From positions 288,001 through 352,000 of the forward strand of contig CAWCAG010000005.1 of assembly GCA_963793425.1 (NCBI GenBank): a DNA stretch of 64,000 nt, in the 5' to 3' direction. This DNA comes from an uncultured cyanobacterium (GTDB lineage Bacteria; Cyanobacteriota; Cyanobacteriia; Cyanobacteriales; CAWCAG01). Numbering within the stretch: the stretch's first letter is position 1; each line of letters begins with the position of its first letter. Positions 9,222 to 19,819 of the stretch are shown piece after piece. The notes beneath the pieces were generated by a model that saw nothing but the letters and a program-made list of their open reading frames with translations, was not told the DNA's origin and did no database searches. A program made the translations under genes and the position numbers.

Positions 9222-10263
9222 ATGAAAAGAAAATTTTTCCTGGTTTACTATTGCGATCAATTTATTAACAATCACCACCGCAACCGTAAGTTTAGCTCAA
9301 GCAGAGACAGAAACCTTTGGCTCTTTTCAAGAATGGTGTGCAGCTAAAGATAGTCTTTCTTCTCAAGCAAAACATACGGTAGAGATATTACTAGAAGAAG
9401 CGGAAAGCCAAAGTTGTCTTGAAGCGGAGCGCAACTTGTCTGAAACGTCAGATTTAGATATTGCCTATCGCCGCGATGTACGAGACTTACGTCCTCTTGC
9501 TTCTCTAACTCACCTAACTTCATTAGACTTGAATGGGAATGGCATAACAGATATTACTCCTATATCTAACCTCAAATCTCTGACTAAACTTGAACTCAAT
9601 TTTAATAGCCTCAAAGACTTAACAGCCTTGGCTAATTTAACTAATCTCACTGAACTTTATCTGTCTCATAACATTCATCTTCAAAATTTAACTCCTTTGT
9701 CTAGCTTAACTAAGTTAACAGAACTTCATCTAGCATCTAACCAAATTATAGATTTAAAACCACTATCAGACTTGACTAGTTTGACTCTTTTGTATCTTCC
9801 CGGAAATGAAATTGGGAGCTTACAGGGGTTGTCCGATTTAACTCAACTAACTTATCTATTTCTTTCTAATAATCAAATTAAGGATTTAACTCCTCTGTCA
9901 AATCTAAATAGTTTGATATCTCTTTATATAGGAGGAAACAAAATAGATGATCTAACTCCACTATCTTCTTTAACTAGCTTATCAAGATTACTTGTACACT
10001 CTAATCAAATAAGTGATTTGACTCCTCTAAGCTCTCTCAATAACTTGAGTGCTTTAGTCGTAAGTCATAATCAAATAAGTGATTTAAGTCCCTTATCAAA
10101 TTTAGCTAGTCTCACAGACATTTCCTTCAATAATAATCAAGTTAGACAAATAACTAATATTCTGAATATAGAACAGTTAGAGAGATTTTGCTCTGTGGAC
10201 AATCCTTTGAATGAAACTATTCCTAAACATATACTTCATAAAAAACAACAATGCTTTTTTTGA
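9222..10263 (+). pseudogene. Secreted internalin-like LRR protein, copy 1; +1 frameshift at ~9240 in the signal peptide
   Basis: ATG 9222 matches the paralog start; extra C in TTTTTCCTGG; 22-aa LRRs (LxxLxLxxNxIxDLxPL). Confidence 0.75.
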
Positions 10264-10316
10264 GAAAGAGTTGCTCATTATGCTTGTCTAATCAACGAGA
10301 CTTTTATATTGCTACT

Positions 10317-11285
10317 ATGAACAGAAAATCTTTCTGGTTGACAATTGCTGCAACTGTATTAACCATTGCTAGTACAACCACAAGTTTAGCTCAAGCAGAA
10401 ACAGAAAACTTTGATTCTTTTCGAGACTGGTGTACGGCAAAAGATCATCTTCCTCCTCAAGCAAAACATACTGTAGAGGTATTACTAGAAAGAGCAGAAA
10501 GTGAAGATTGTCTTGAAGCTGAAGGCAAATTATCTAAAATGTCAGATTTAGATATTGCCTATCGTTATGTGCGAGATTTGCGTCCCTTAGCAGCTTTTAC
10601 AAAGCTAACTTCCCTGGACTTAAGTGGAAACGGTATCGTTGATATAACTCCTCTAGCTAACTTCAAGTCTTTAACTACACTTAAGCTTAGCTGGAATAGC
10701 CTAGAGGACTTAACCCCTTTAACTAATTTAACCAATCTCAGTGAACTTTTTCTCTCCCAGAATCGCATTCAAGATTTGGCTCCCTTGTATAACTTAACTA
10801 ATTTAACTGAGCTTTACCTCGATTCTAATCAGGTTAAGGATTTAAGACCCCTATCGGGCTTAACGAACTTAACCTTCTTGGATCTTATGAGCAATGAAGT
10901 TAACAGTCTAGAAGGTTTATCAAACTTAACTACCTTAACTTACTTAGTTCTTTCTCTTAATCAGATTAAAGATTTAACTCCCCTTTCAAGCTTAACTAAG
11001 CTAACAGAACTCGATATTACACAAAATCAGATAGAGGATCTAAGTGCTTTATCTTCTTTGACCGAACTATTTTACCTATCTGCCGAGTCTAATCAGATCA
11101 AAGATTTAACTCCTTTATTAAATTTAGCTAGTCTTAAAGCAGTTTATCTAGGTAATAACCAGGTTCAACAGATACCTTCTCAACTAGATTTAGAACAATT
11201 CAACACATTTTGCTCGGCAGGAAACCCTTTAGGGGAGACTATTTCCGAACGCCTATTTGAGGAGCGAAGATGCCGCTTTTATTGA
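10317..11285 (+). CDS. Secreted internalin-like LRR protein, copy 2
   Basis: Signal peptide MNRKSFWLTIAA..AQA, Cys-containing N-cap (FxDWC), 22-aa LRRs. Confidence 0.88.
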   Translation: MNRKSFWLTIAATVLTIASTTTSLAQAETENFDSFRDWCTAKDHLPPQAKHTVEVLLERAESEDCLEAEGKLSKMSDLDIAYRYVRDLRPLAAFTKLTSLDLSGNGIVDITPLANFKSLTTLKLSWNSLEDLTPLTNLTNLSELFLSQNRIQDLAPLYNLTNLTELYLDSNQVKDLRPLSGLTNLTFLDLMSNEVNSLEGLSNLTTLTYLVLSLNQIKDLTPLSSLTKLTELDITQNQIEDLSALSSLTELFYLSAESNQIKDLTPLLNLASLKAVYLGNNQVQQIPSQLDLEQFNTFCSAGNPLGETISERLFEERRCRFY

Positions 11286-11317
11286 GCAGCTTCTCATCTA
11301 TTCACCTAAATAAAACT

Positions 11318-13048
11318 TTAGTAAGCATTCCCTAACAACTCAAAAGCTGACCAATAAGAAGGTTCTTCAAAAGTTTGATTCTGAAGCGGTATATTGCTGG
11401 GTAAAAGCTTTTTAATTACTTGCGAATTTACCTCTTCGCCTAATGTTTTGGGTTCATAGACGAAGTAAGGTTTCTCAATTCTAGCTCTTCCTTCTATCAT
11501 AGCTAACTGTGCTTCTTGCAAAACTTGCGCTCTAGTTAATCCTTTTTGTTCTGAGAGTATTTGGTAAAATACTTTCATCATAACCATCGTTCCCTCATCG
11601 CTGACTTGCCATAAAGAACCTACAACTGATTCCGCTCCCTGTTGCCAGATTACACTACCAATACCAAACTCTCTGTCCTCATCTAAATTTTGTGACAAAC
11701 CTGAAGCGTTGTCTATTAAGCCTTCACAGCCACTTAAAACAACCATCTCAATTGCAGAAAAATCAAGCCCACGTTCTCTAAGTTCTTGAATATTTATCTC
11801 TCTCTCCCGTGTTTGTAGATAACTCTTATCACCTCCTATCGCTTCCCCGTGAGTAGCAATGTGTAAAATTTGACTAGCTTGCTCTTTATCAACAGCTACT
11901 CCTTGTTCTTGTAAATAATTTTCTAAGTTGTCAAGGTTGAATTGATTCTCTTCAGGTATTTCTGTATCCTCAACTCCGTTAATTTGATTCACCTCTGGAA
12001 CGACTGCGGGTATGTCTCGCCCTTTTAAGAACTCAGATTGTCCGTAAGCTGTAGTTTCTATATTCTCCTGATTCATGGGCTTTGTTTCTGTGAGGGAGAA
12101 ACTGGGAGACACTGATAAGCTAAATTTTTGAACTAAAAAATCATTGCCATCAGATAATACAGCTATAGGAATTGTTTGTAACTCTTGGTCTAATACTAAA
12201 TGGAGATGATTAACGTTTATATTACTTAGGGTTTCTTTAACTGGTTTAATCATCGTTATGTATAGTTGCTGCGCTAATGGTTCATATCCTCCTGAGAACT
12301 GAATAATTTTTCTTCTCAATTGTGTTAATTGTGCTTGCAACTCACTCACATCAACAGGCTTAAACCGGTGAATAGGAGAATACTGAGGATCTCCTGGAAT
12401 AACTACTATATCTATTCCTTGATCTGCGCCTTCTTCACTTTGCACCATCAAATAAACTATCGCCGACTTCATCCCTGTTGCTTGATCTGCGGCATGGATT
12501 CTTTGCTGCATTGAAGCCATTGTTTCTGGAGCGCTGGCAATCTCTTCGTTAGTAAACTCTTCAATCCTTTGTTTTTCAAACTGAGCAACTGTCTCACCAA
12601 TTTCTTCTGAGGATTCGCTAACCGTGCGACGGCCAAAGTTATCGGTGTCTGTTTTTTCTTGCTGTCGCTGTACAAAGCTATTTTGTTGCCCTAGATAGTT
12701 TAATTCGCTTTGGGGTGCATAAGCCCCTTGTTGAAGAAAAACATTCTGCCCTTGAGCTTGTATGAAAGGATTGGCTATCTCTGTTTCCTTAGCAACAGCA
12801 TCAGTTTCTCGCTCATCTTGCTTTCTTTGTACTGGTGGTATTGGATTATCTAGAGAAGAAGCATTTTCAAGCAAAAAGGTACTCCCTGCCGCTTCAAATT
12901 TGCGGCGCATCTCCTCCATTTCTTCTAAGGATTGCCCTTTTATTTGTTGTTGTGGCGAAGCTTGTTGATGTTTTTTTTGTATATTTGAAGTCTGTGATGA
13001 CTTAGTTGGTTGAAAAGCTGACTTCTTTATGTACTTGTGACTCCCCAT
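11318..13048 (-). CDS. CHAT-domain (caspase-like) protein with low-complexity N-terminus
   Basis: ILHIATHG and VVLSGCE His/Cys dyad, SLWQVSDEGT, PSYWSAF; GGAGG RBS before ATG 13048. Confidence 0.85.
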   Translation of the reverse strand: MGSHKYIKKSAFQPTKSSQTSNIQKKHQQASPQQQIKGQSLEEMEEMRRKFEAAGSTFLLENASSLDNPIPPVQRKQDERETDAVAKETEIANPFIQAQGQNVFLQQGAYAPQSELNYLGQQNSFVQRQQEKTDTDNFGRRTVSESSEEIGETVAQFEKQRIEEFTNEEIASAPETMASMQQRIHAADQATGMKSAIVYLMVQSEEGADQGIDIVVIPGDPQYSPIHRFKPVDVSELQAQLTQLRRKIIQFSGGYEPLAQQLYITMIKPVKETLSNINVNHLHLVLDQELQTIPIAVLSDGNDFLVQKFSLSVSPSFSLTETKPMNQENIETTAYGQSEFLKGRDIPAVVPEVNQINGVEDTEIPEENQFNLDNLENYLQEQGVAVDKEQASQILHIATHGEAIGGDKSYLQTREREINIQELRERGLDFSAIEMVVLSGCEGLIDNASGLSQNLDEDREFGIGSVIWQQGAESVVGSLWQVSDEGTMVMMKVFYQILSEQKGLTRAQVLQEAQLAMIEGRARIEKPYFVYEPKTLGEEVNSQVIKKLLPSNIPLQNQTFEEPSYWSAFELLGNAY

Positions 13049-13338
13049 ACCTGACCTCCAAGTGATTAACGGAATATCCCACAGATACTGACGAGTGGTC
13101 AGTAAAACTAAAAATTGACAAGGTTTGGGATAAGAAGAGGTATCCTTCTTACTGAAGACTATCCCTAAATTTAATCTGAACAAAGCACCAGTAATATCTG
13201 GCTAATACTTTACCACTAAAGCTTGAGTGTGATTTGTTGTTAGTGGTCAAATAAATACTGATAGAGTTACTGTAGGCTATTAGCTGTCGTCGCAGACTAA
13301 AATGATTCATGATAAATGAAATGACTTGGGAAGAAGCG

Positions 13339-14697
13339 ATGGTAGCGGTAGCAGTTCTTGCAGCAGGAAAGGGTACGAGAATGAAGTCAGACCTACCCAA
13401 GGTTTTGCATAGCTTGGGGGGAAAGTCTTTAGTTGAACGAGTACTCAATAGCAGTGAGTCTCTTAAACCTTCTCAACGGTTAGTAATTGTTGGTTATGAA
13501 GCCCAACGAGTGAAGGAAAATCTCCAATCTCTTCCAAGTATAGAGTTCGTGGAACAGACTCAACAATTAGGTACAGGTCACGCAGTTCAACAGATTTTAC
13601 CTCATTTGCAAGACTTTGAAGGAGATTTATTAGTACTCAATGGAGATGTTCCTTTACTCCGTTCAGAAACCTTAGAAAAATTAGTCGAAACTCATCAAAA
13701 AAACGGTAACGCAGCGACTTTATTAACAGCCCAATTACCAAATCCCCAGGGTTACGGTAGGGTATTTTGCGATCACGATGATTTAGTAGAAAAAATTGTT
13801 GAACATCGGGACTGTACTCCTAAACAAAGAAACAATCAGCGTATAAATGCCGGAGTTTATTGCTTCAATTGGCCAAAATTAGCAGCAGTTTTGCCCCAAT
13901 TAGCCGCAGATAATGATCAGCAAGAATATTATCTTACTGATGTTTGTTCTTTGTTAGAACCAGTTATGGCAGTTGATGTGGCAGACTATCAAGAAATTAC
14001 GGGGATTAACGACCGTAAGCAATTAGCCACCGCCGGAGAAATGTTGCAACAACGGGTTAAGGATCATTGGTTAAAAGCCGGGGTAACAATGATTGACCCC
14101 GATAGTATTACCATTGATGAAACTGTACAGTTGCAAGCAGATGTGATTATTGAACCCCAAACCCATTTACGAGGCAAGACAACTATTGGTTCTGGAAGTC
14201 GTTTAGGGCCAGGAAGTTTAATCGAAAATAGTCAAATTGGGGAGAATGTGACTATTTTTTATTCGGTAGTTAGGGATAGTCAGGTTGCGAAAGGAACACA
14301 AATTGGCCCTTATACCCATCTACGGGGTCAAGCAAAGGTTGGGGAAGCTTGCCGCTTGGGTAATTTTGTGGAAGTGAAAAAGACGACTATTGGTAATCAA
14401 ACCAATGCCGCCCACCTTGCCTATTTAGGAGATGCTACCCTCGGCGAACACGTCAATATTGGTGCAGGTACAATTACTGCTAACTACGATGGTTACCAAA
14501 AACATCCTACTTTGATCGGTAACAGTACTAAAACAGGTTCCAATAGCGTATTAGTTGCCCCAGTTACTCTAGGAGAAAACGTAACTGTTGCTGCGGGTTC
14601 GGTGGTAACAAAAGATGTGGAAGATGATTCTTTAGTGGTGGCGAGATCCCGCCAGGTGGTGAGGAAAGGATGGAAGGCTAAAACAAGTAATAAGTAA
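13339..14697 (+). CDS. glmU: Bifunctional UDP-GlcNAc pyrophosphorylase/acetyltransferase
   Basis: [26 protein letters not shown], hexapeptide C-terminus. Confidence 0.97.
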   Translation: MVAVAVLAAGKGTRMKSDLPKVLHSLGGKSLVERVLNSSESLKPSQRLVIVGYEAQRVKENLQSLPSIEFVEQTQQLGTGHAVQQILPHLQDFEGDLLVLNGDVPLLRSETLEKLVETHQKNGNAATLLTAQLPNPQGYGRVFCDHDDLVEKIVEHRDCTPKQRNNQRINAGVYCFNWPKLAAVLPQLAADNDQQEYYLTDVCSLLEPVMAVDVADYQEITGINDRKQLATAGEMLQQRVKDHWLKAGVTMIDPDSITIDETVQLQADVIIEPQTHLRGKTTIGSGSRLGPGSLIENSQIGENVTIFYSVVRDSQVAKGTQIGPYTHLRGQAKVGEACRLGNFVEVKKTTIGNQTNAAHLAYLGDATLGEHVNIGAGTITANYDGYQKHPTLIGNSTKTGSNSVLVAPVTLGENVTVAAGSVVTKDVEDDSLVVARSRQVVRKGWKAKTSNK

Positions 14698-14715
14698 TAA
14701 GTAATAAGTAATAAG
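14686..14715. repeat. STRR-type heptamer tandem repeat (AGTAATA)n
   Basis: Directly visible; the same unit occurs at 28172-28204. Confidence 0.8.
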
Positions 14716-14889
14716 ACACCGCACTAGTTTATTGACATAAACGTGGACTGTAGTTATTACTTATTACCTTTGTCAGGAAATGACTAAACAGTTTTGCTTA
14801 AGTAAAACTGTTTGCAATGAACCAATTAGCATAAATAAAAATACGAGTAGGGGGTTGCACCCCTCAATAAATATGTTATAGTAGTTTAC

Positions 14890-14942
14890 GTAGATGCACC
14901 CTGATGACTGGGAGAGTTACATTAAGTGGCTCTCCTTTTTTT
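14890..14942 (+). ncRNA. Putative ~55-nt sRNA, copy 1 (NsiR1-like 5' end)
   Basis: TTGCAC-N16-TATAGT promoter, GTAGATGCACCCTGATGACT, GGAGAG..CTCTCC hairpin plus T7. Confidence 0.65.
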
Positions 14943-15113
14943 GTGTCTAAAAGTCTAGGCATCACTATGATGAGGTCTATTGAACTTACAAACCTCTCGC
15001 CAAGGAATTCAGAAATCAGTATTTGCGTATTACTGTTAGTGCTGAAAAGAAATTAACAGCAAAAACCCTCATGGGGGGTGACACCCCTCAAGATTCATGT
15101 TATTGTAGTTTAA

Positions 15114-15167
15114 GTAGATGCACCCTGATGACTGGGAGAGTTACATTTAAGTGGCTCTCCTTTTTTT
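15114..15167 (+). ncRNA. Putative ~55-nt sRNA, copy 2
   Basis: Near-identical to copy 1 including the terminator; promoter region similar (TATTGT -10). Confidence 0.65.
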
Positions 15168-15233
15168 GTTTGTATACTAAAAACAAGGGTGGTAGTAGGA
15201 CAGAAAGATTGCCTGCCCTATCTATGCTTAAAG

Positions 15234-15503
15234 TTAAGATGCCATTAACTCTTCTAGTTGTGTTGCCGAAGAAAGTTTTGGCAAATTGAGAGAAAGTTGT
15301 TGATAATCATGAGTCGCCACTTTTTCTAAAACTTTAACTTCCACATTTACCGAAATCAAATAAGATCCTGGTTGATTATCCACAGCTTCAGCAAGCATGG
15401 CAGTTAAATCTGGGCAAACCCCTGTAATCGGTTCCCTTAAATTGGACTGTTCCCAGTCATACTGTGCTTCGGGGTTGAGGGTAAGAACGTAATGCTTAAT
15501 CAT
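15234..15503 (-). CDS. Small hypothetical protein (89 aa)
   Basis: MIKHYVLTLNPEAQYDW...; ATG at 15503; upstream TTG extension is unconvincing. Confidence 0.65.
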   Translation of the reverse strand: MIKHYVLTLNPEAQYDWEQSNLREPITGVCPDLTAMLAEAVDNQPGSYLISVNVEVKVLEKVATHDYQQLSLNLPKLSSATQLEELMAS

Positions 15504-15785
15504 AGCTACAGATGAAAGTGAAGGGTTTAATTCGTTCTTTTCATTATAGTACATTTGTATTAAAAGTAGTTGTAAGCATCCTTTTACTCTCAATACAATA
15601 CTTGGCAATAATAGGAATCTTGTTAAGATAAACATCAAGTTTTTTGAGAGCAACTTTCTATGTAACCCCGTTAAAACAAGGGCGAGAGTATAATTGTATT
15701 GGAGTTTTTACTTTCAATAGTGCCTTAATCTATTGCTAATATTTAGCAATAGTTATAAACTGAGGACTTGATTCGATTCTTGTGG

Positions 15786-15820
15786 GATAATTATCTATGA
15801 TAATGATTATCACAATCATT
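15786..15820 (+). promoter_or_regulatory. Fur-box-like sites upstream of the porin
   Basis: GATAATTATC and TGATAATGATTATCA resemble the GATAATGATAATCATTATC consensus. Confidence 0.6.
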
Positions 15821-15871
15821 AAAAACTTCCTTGGGTGCTAGTGATATATTCATTTTTGAGGTGTGAGTTAA

Positions 15872-17542
15872 ATGGTAAAAATTAAAACCCTATGGCAAGC
15901 TTGTTTATTAAGTTCGGCCGTAATTAGTACAAGTTTTTTAATGGGTGCGATCGCCCAAGCAACAGATTTAGACAGTGAACAGTTATTAGCCCAAGTCCCC
16001 ACCAATAGCGACGAAGCCAACTTATTAGAGGATGTCATTCGTTATGGTAATGAAGGACAATCTCAAGAAGCTTTAGACCAAGTAACCAGCGTTAGCCAGT
16101 TAACAGATATTGATCCATTTTGGTACGAAGCTGTAGAAAAGATGGTGGACAAATACGGTTGTATTGTTGGCTATCCTGACAGCACTTTTAAGGGTCAACG
16201 CAACATCACTCGCTACGAATTTGCAGCGGCACTCAGTCGCTGTATGGAGTATATTGAAACCAATATTGGTACAGGAAATCTTGAAGATGGGGATTTAGCA
16301 ACCCTGCGGCGTTTAGTTCAAGAATTTGAGGCAGAATTAGCAACTTTAGGAGCTAGGGTAGATGATTTAGAAGGTCGGGTTGCTTTTGTTGAAGATAATC
16401 AATTTTCTACTACTAGCAAACTGGTGGGACAGGTCGTTTTTGGTCTTGGTAGTCTCTTTTCTGGGGATAATGTGGATGCTGATACTCCTGGTACCGAGGC
16501 TAATGAAGCGACGGTTTTTGGTCATCGTACTCGCTTAGAATTGGAAACTAGCTTCACCGGAGAAGACTTACTCTTTACTAGACTCGCTACAGGAACATTT
16601 CCTGAATTTGCTCAAGTTACAGGGACTAGCGAAGGAGATGTTAGTTTCGCCCAAGATGAAGGTAGTGATGTCGCTGTGGAAGTACTTAAATATAGTTTTC
16701 CTGTTGGAGATAACACAGAAGTGGTTGCCCTCGCGTTTGGGGGAGCTTCTGATGACTTTGCTAGTACAGTTAACTTTCTTGATGGGGATGGTGCAGAAGG
16801 ATCTATATCTGTATTTGGTACTCGCAACCCTATTTATTATCCCTTTGGAGGTGCAGGACTTGGTGTGACTACTCGCTTAGGAGATGTAGCAGAGGTTAGT
16901 TTCGGCTATGCTGCGGCTAATGCCGAAGATCCTACAGCAGGTAATGGCTTATTTGATGGGGCTTACACCGCTATAGGGCAGGTTGTTTTCCAACCCATCG
17001 AAGGACTCAACTTAGGATTAACTTACCTTCACGGTTATAATTCCTTAGATACAGGTGCAGGAAGCCGTTTGGCTAACTTTGCTAATTTTTCCACGGCATT
17101 AGACCTCTCCGTACCGACTTACCACAACTCCTATGGTGCTGAGTTATCATGGCAATTAAGTGATAAATTTGTTTTGGGAGGATGGGCTGGTTATACCAAT
17201 GCAGGGACTTTAGATACAAACACAAGAGCCTTGACTCGTGGTAACTTAGATATTTGGAATTGGGCAGTTACTCTAGGTTTCCCTGATTTAGGTAAAGAAG
17301 GCAGCCTTGGAGGTATTGTTGTAGGTATGGAACCGAGGGTAACAGATTCCAACATTGTCCTTTCCGGAGGAGATAGTAGTGAAGACCAAGATACAGGATT
17401 GCATATAGAAGCTTTTTACCAGTATCAAGTCTCAGATAATATTTCTATTACCCCAGGAGTTATTTGGTTAACAGCCCCAGATCATAATAACAATAACGAA
17501 GACCAAATCATTGGTACTATTCGTACTACTTTTAGTTTTTAA
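15872..17542 (+). CDS. Cyanobacterial outer-membrane porin (SLH + OprB-like, iron-uptake porin family)
   Basis: Signal peptide, QVTSVSQL, GYPDSTFKG..TRYEFAA SLH, QFSTTSKL, C-terminal RTTFSF. Confidence 0.93.
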   Translation: MVKIKTLWQACLLSSAVISTSFLMGAIAQATDLDSEQLLAQVPTNSDEANLLEDVIRYGNEGQSQEALDQVTSVSQLTDIDPFWYEAVEKMVDKYGCIVGYPDSTFKGQRNITRYEFAAALSRCMEYIETNIGTGNLEDGDLATLRRLVQEFEAELATLGARVDDLEGRVAFVEDNQFSTTSKLVGQVVFGLGSLFSGDNVDADTPGTEANEATVFGHRTRLELETSFTGEDLLFTRLATGTFPEFAQVTGTSEGDVSFAQDEGSDVAVEVLKYSFPVGDNTEVVALAFGGASDDFASTVNFLDGDGAEGSISVFGTRNPIYYPFGGAGLGVTTRLGDVAEVSFGYAAANAEDPTAGNGLFDGAYTAIGQVVFQPIEGLNLGLTYLHGYNSLDTGAGSRLANFANFSTALDLSVPTYHNSYGAELSWQLSDKFVLGGWAGYTNAGTLDTNTRALTRGNLDIWNWAVTLGFPDLGKEGSLGGIVVGMEPRVTDSNIVLSGGDSSEDQDTGLHIEAFYQYQVSDNISITPGVIWLTAPDHNNNNEDQIIGTIRTTFSF

Positions 17543-17547
17543 TACTG

Positions 17548-17583
17548 AAACTCAGCAGGATTGATAATAACTTTGCTGAGTTT
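17548..17583 (+). terminator. Hairpin terminator after the porin
   Basis: AAACTCAGCA...TGCTGAGTTT. Confidence 0.65.
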
Positions 17584-17662
17584 AATCAAATTATAGAACT
17601 GTTGCCAACCTTAAGTAAGCTAAGCCATACTGTGGATATGCTTCTAGCTTCTAGGTAATTTT

Positions 17663-18666
17663 ATGACTCAAGGTATATACACCTTAGCCAACGATGTCGT
17701 TTATGACCAACTTGTTGCCCTTCTTAACAGTATTGCAGTTAATGTTGGTGCAGAATTTCCGGTTCGTGTAGTTGCTTTTGATGAGCGCTTAGATAAGGTA
17801 CGCTCAGAAGTAGAGAAAAGAAAGAATGTTGAATTAGTTGAAGATCCCAGCTTATTTGTACCTTGGGAAGAATTTTCTGGGGAAGTTTGGCAAACCCATC
17901 CCTATGCCCTGAAGATGTGGCGAGAGAAGGGTATTGAAGGGGTCAATCGCTTAGCTTGTAATCGCCGCTACTTTGCTTTTGATGAACGGAGTGATTTTGA
18001 CCAGTTTATTTATTTTGATGCTGATGTTTTAGTGCTTAATTCCCTAGATTTTATGTTTGAGAAACTAGGTGATTATGATTTTGTAATTTACGACTTTCAG
18101 TACAAAGATCCTGGTCATATTTTTAATTTAGATTCTCCTCGGTTATTTGAAGTTTTCCCAGAAGAGAAAGTCCGTTCAGAAATATTTTGTTCTGGCTGTT
18201 TTGGGGCAAGAAAGGTATTTTTCCTCCCGAAAAAAGAGCTTGGTTAATTGAACAGCTTAAGCAAAATGAAGCAGAGGTGCTTTATTTGAACGCTCCTAAT
18301 CAATCTGTTTTAAACTATATGAGAATGCGAGGAGAAATTCCTCTTTGCAACTTATCTTTCACTTTGCCTCAAGAAGAAGTTACAGGTTGTGCGGTTACTT
18401 CAACCCATTTTGAACAAAGAGATAATTTACTTTATGATAAAGAGGCAAGAGTTACCTTTCTCCACTATATTGGTGTCTCTTCCAAAGCCTTTACTCGGTT
18501 ATGTCAAGGGGAGAATCTGGAAGTAGCTTATAGAGATATTTTCTTACATTATCGCTATCTTCACGAACCTCAAAATCGCCCTCAATTTACTGGCAAACCT
18601 CAACCGATTAATCCACCTCCTAGTTTTCAAACTAAAGTGTTAAAAAAATTAGGTTTGAAAAAGTGA
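17663..18666 (+). CDS. Npun_R2821/R2822-like glycosyltransferase-fold protein, split by a frameshift in a G-run at ~18205
   Basis: GIYTLANDVVYDQLVALLNSI, FDAD motif, FLHYIG; two overlapping ORFs form one paralog of the next gene. Confidence 0.75.
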
Positions 18667-18676
18667 GGATAAATCA

Positions 18677-19603
18677 ATGAGTCGCGGAATTTATATAGTT
18701 GCTAATGATAAGGTAATTGACAATGCGATCGCCCTTTTAAATAGCATTCGTTATTATGACCCGGATGTAAAAGTATTTTTAGTTCCTTTTAATGACCAAT
18801 ATCAGCAAGTTGCTCAGGAATTAAAAGAACGTCATGATGTAGAAGTTTTTCCTGATTTAGATTTTGTTAATAACTTTACAAGCAAAGTCGGAGAAATATT
18901 TGACCGAGACTTTCTTGCCTTACCAAATAAGATGCGTAAGTTTGTTTTTTGGTTTGGGCCTTTAGATGAATTTCTTTATATTGATACAGATATAATTGTT
19001 TTTGAAAAGATAGCTGAAGTTTTAGATTATCTCAACGAGTACGAGTTTTTATGTTGTGATTATCATCATTCGGGACGAGGATTAATAGATATTTTTGCTC
19101 CTGATATCAAAAAACAAGGCATTTTTACAGAAGCAGAATTAAAAGATGTTTTTAATAGTGGTTTTTGGGCAAGTAAAAAGGGCATTTTTTCTGAACAACA
19201 AATGTATGAGATGTTAAAAGAATGTGCGGCACATCGAGAATATTTTGATTTTTCTCATAACACAACGGATCAACCAATCCTTAATTATGTAGTTCTTAAA
19301 TCTACTCAGAAGCGCTTAAATTTAGTTAAATTAAATCCAGGAGAGCCAGGAAGTTGGGCAGGTTCACCTCATTTCCAAGAAAAAGAACATATCTTATATG
19401 ATGGTCAAAGGCGTTTGAAATATCTCCACTGGGCTGGTACACCCATGAAACCCGGCGCACCCTATCGAGAATTATGGGAATATTATCGTTATCAAGGGGA
19501 AGAAAAACCCTCTCAAATTTCTGTTGCTCAAAAGGAACCAAGTTTTTTGAGAAAGGCTTTGGGCAAGGTTAAAAATAAGCTGAAAAAAGGAAACGGAGAG
19601 TAA
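18677..19603 (+). CDS. Npun_R2821/R2822-like glycosyltransferase-fold protein
   Basis: GIYIVAND, YIDTD, FNSGFW, DQPILNY, YLHWAG. Confidence 0.8.
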   Translation: MSRGIYIVANDKVIDNAIALLNSIRYYDPDVKVFLVPFNDQYQQVAQELKERHDVEVFPDLDFVNNFTSKVGEIFDRDFLALPNKMRKFVFWFGPLDEFLYIDTDIIVFEKIAEVLDYLNEYEFLCCDYHHSGRGLIDIFAPDIKKQGIFTEAELKDVFNSGFWASKKGIFSEQQMYEMLKECAAHREYFDFSHNTTDQPILNYVVLKSTQKRLNLVKLNPGEPGSWAGSPHFQEKEHILYDGQRRLKYLHWAGTPMKPGAPYRELWEYYRYQGEEKPSQISVAQKEPSFLRKALGKVKNKLKKGNGE

Positions 19604-19680
19604 AAGAAATAATCTGCTCGGAACTGAATACATCTCATATTTGTAAGAACACCCTTAGCTTGAAAACCAAAATTATCCTT

Positions 19681-19819
19681 AGAGGCGACCCGTTTTCATT
19701 AACTTGGAGAGTTGAAAACTGATTACATGGGTCGCCTGCCCTACATTTAATTCCCGTCAAGGGCGACCCAATAGTTTATTTTGTCGGTGACTAAAACAAC
19801 GGAAACGGGTTGCCCCTAC
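19681..19819 (-). repeat. Two long-loop REP-like hairpins
   Basis: GGCGACCC...GGGTCGCC and GGGCGACCC...GGGTTGCCC, each ending CCTAC (GTAGG on the minus strand). Confidence 0.55.

Noticed and set aside
10251..10316. N-terminal extension of LRR copy 2 in the ORF track
   Set aside because: The duplicated leader and signal peptide place the start at 10317
11318..13048. Calling the CHAT gene hetF because of the nearby NsiR1-like repeats
   Set aside because: The CHAT domain is C-terminal behind a Q-rich leader, and glmU separates it from the repeats; orthology cannot be supported
13049..13183. N-terminal extension of the CHAT ORF
   Set aside because: A strong GGAGG RBS precedes ATG 13048
14851..15167. 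Duplicated unit as a mini-CRISPR or riboswitch
   Set aside because: Only two units, each with its own promoter-like and terminator elements, and no downstream same-strand gene to regulate
15023..15289. 88-aa plus-strand ORF
   Set aside because: Runs through the sRNA copy and its terminator and overlaps a convergent gene
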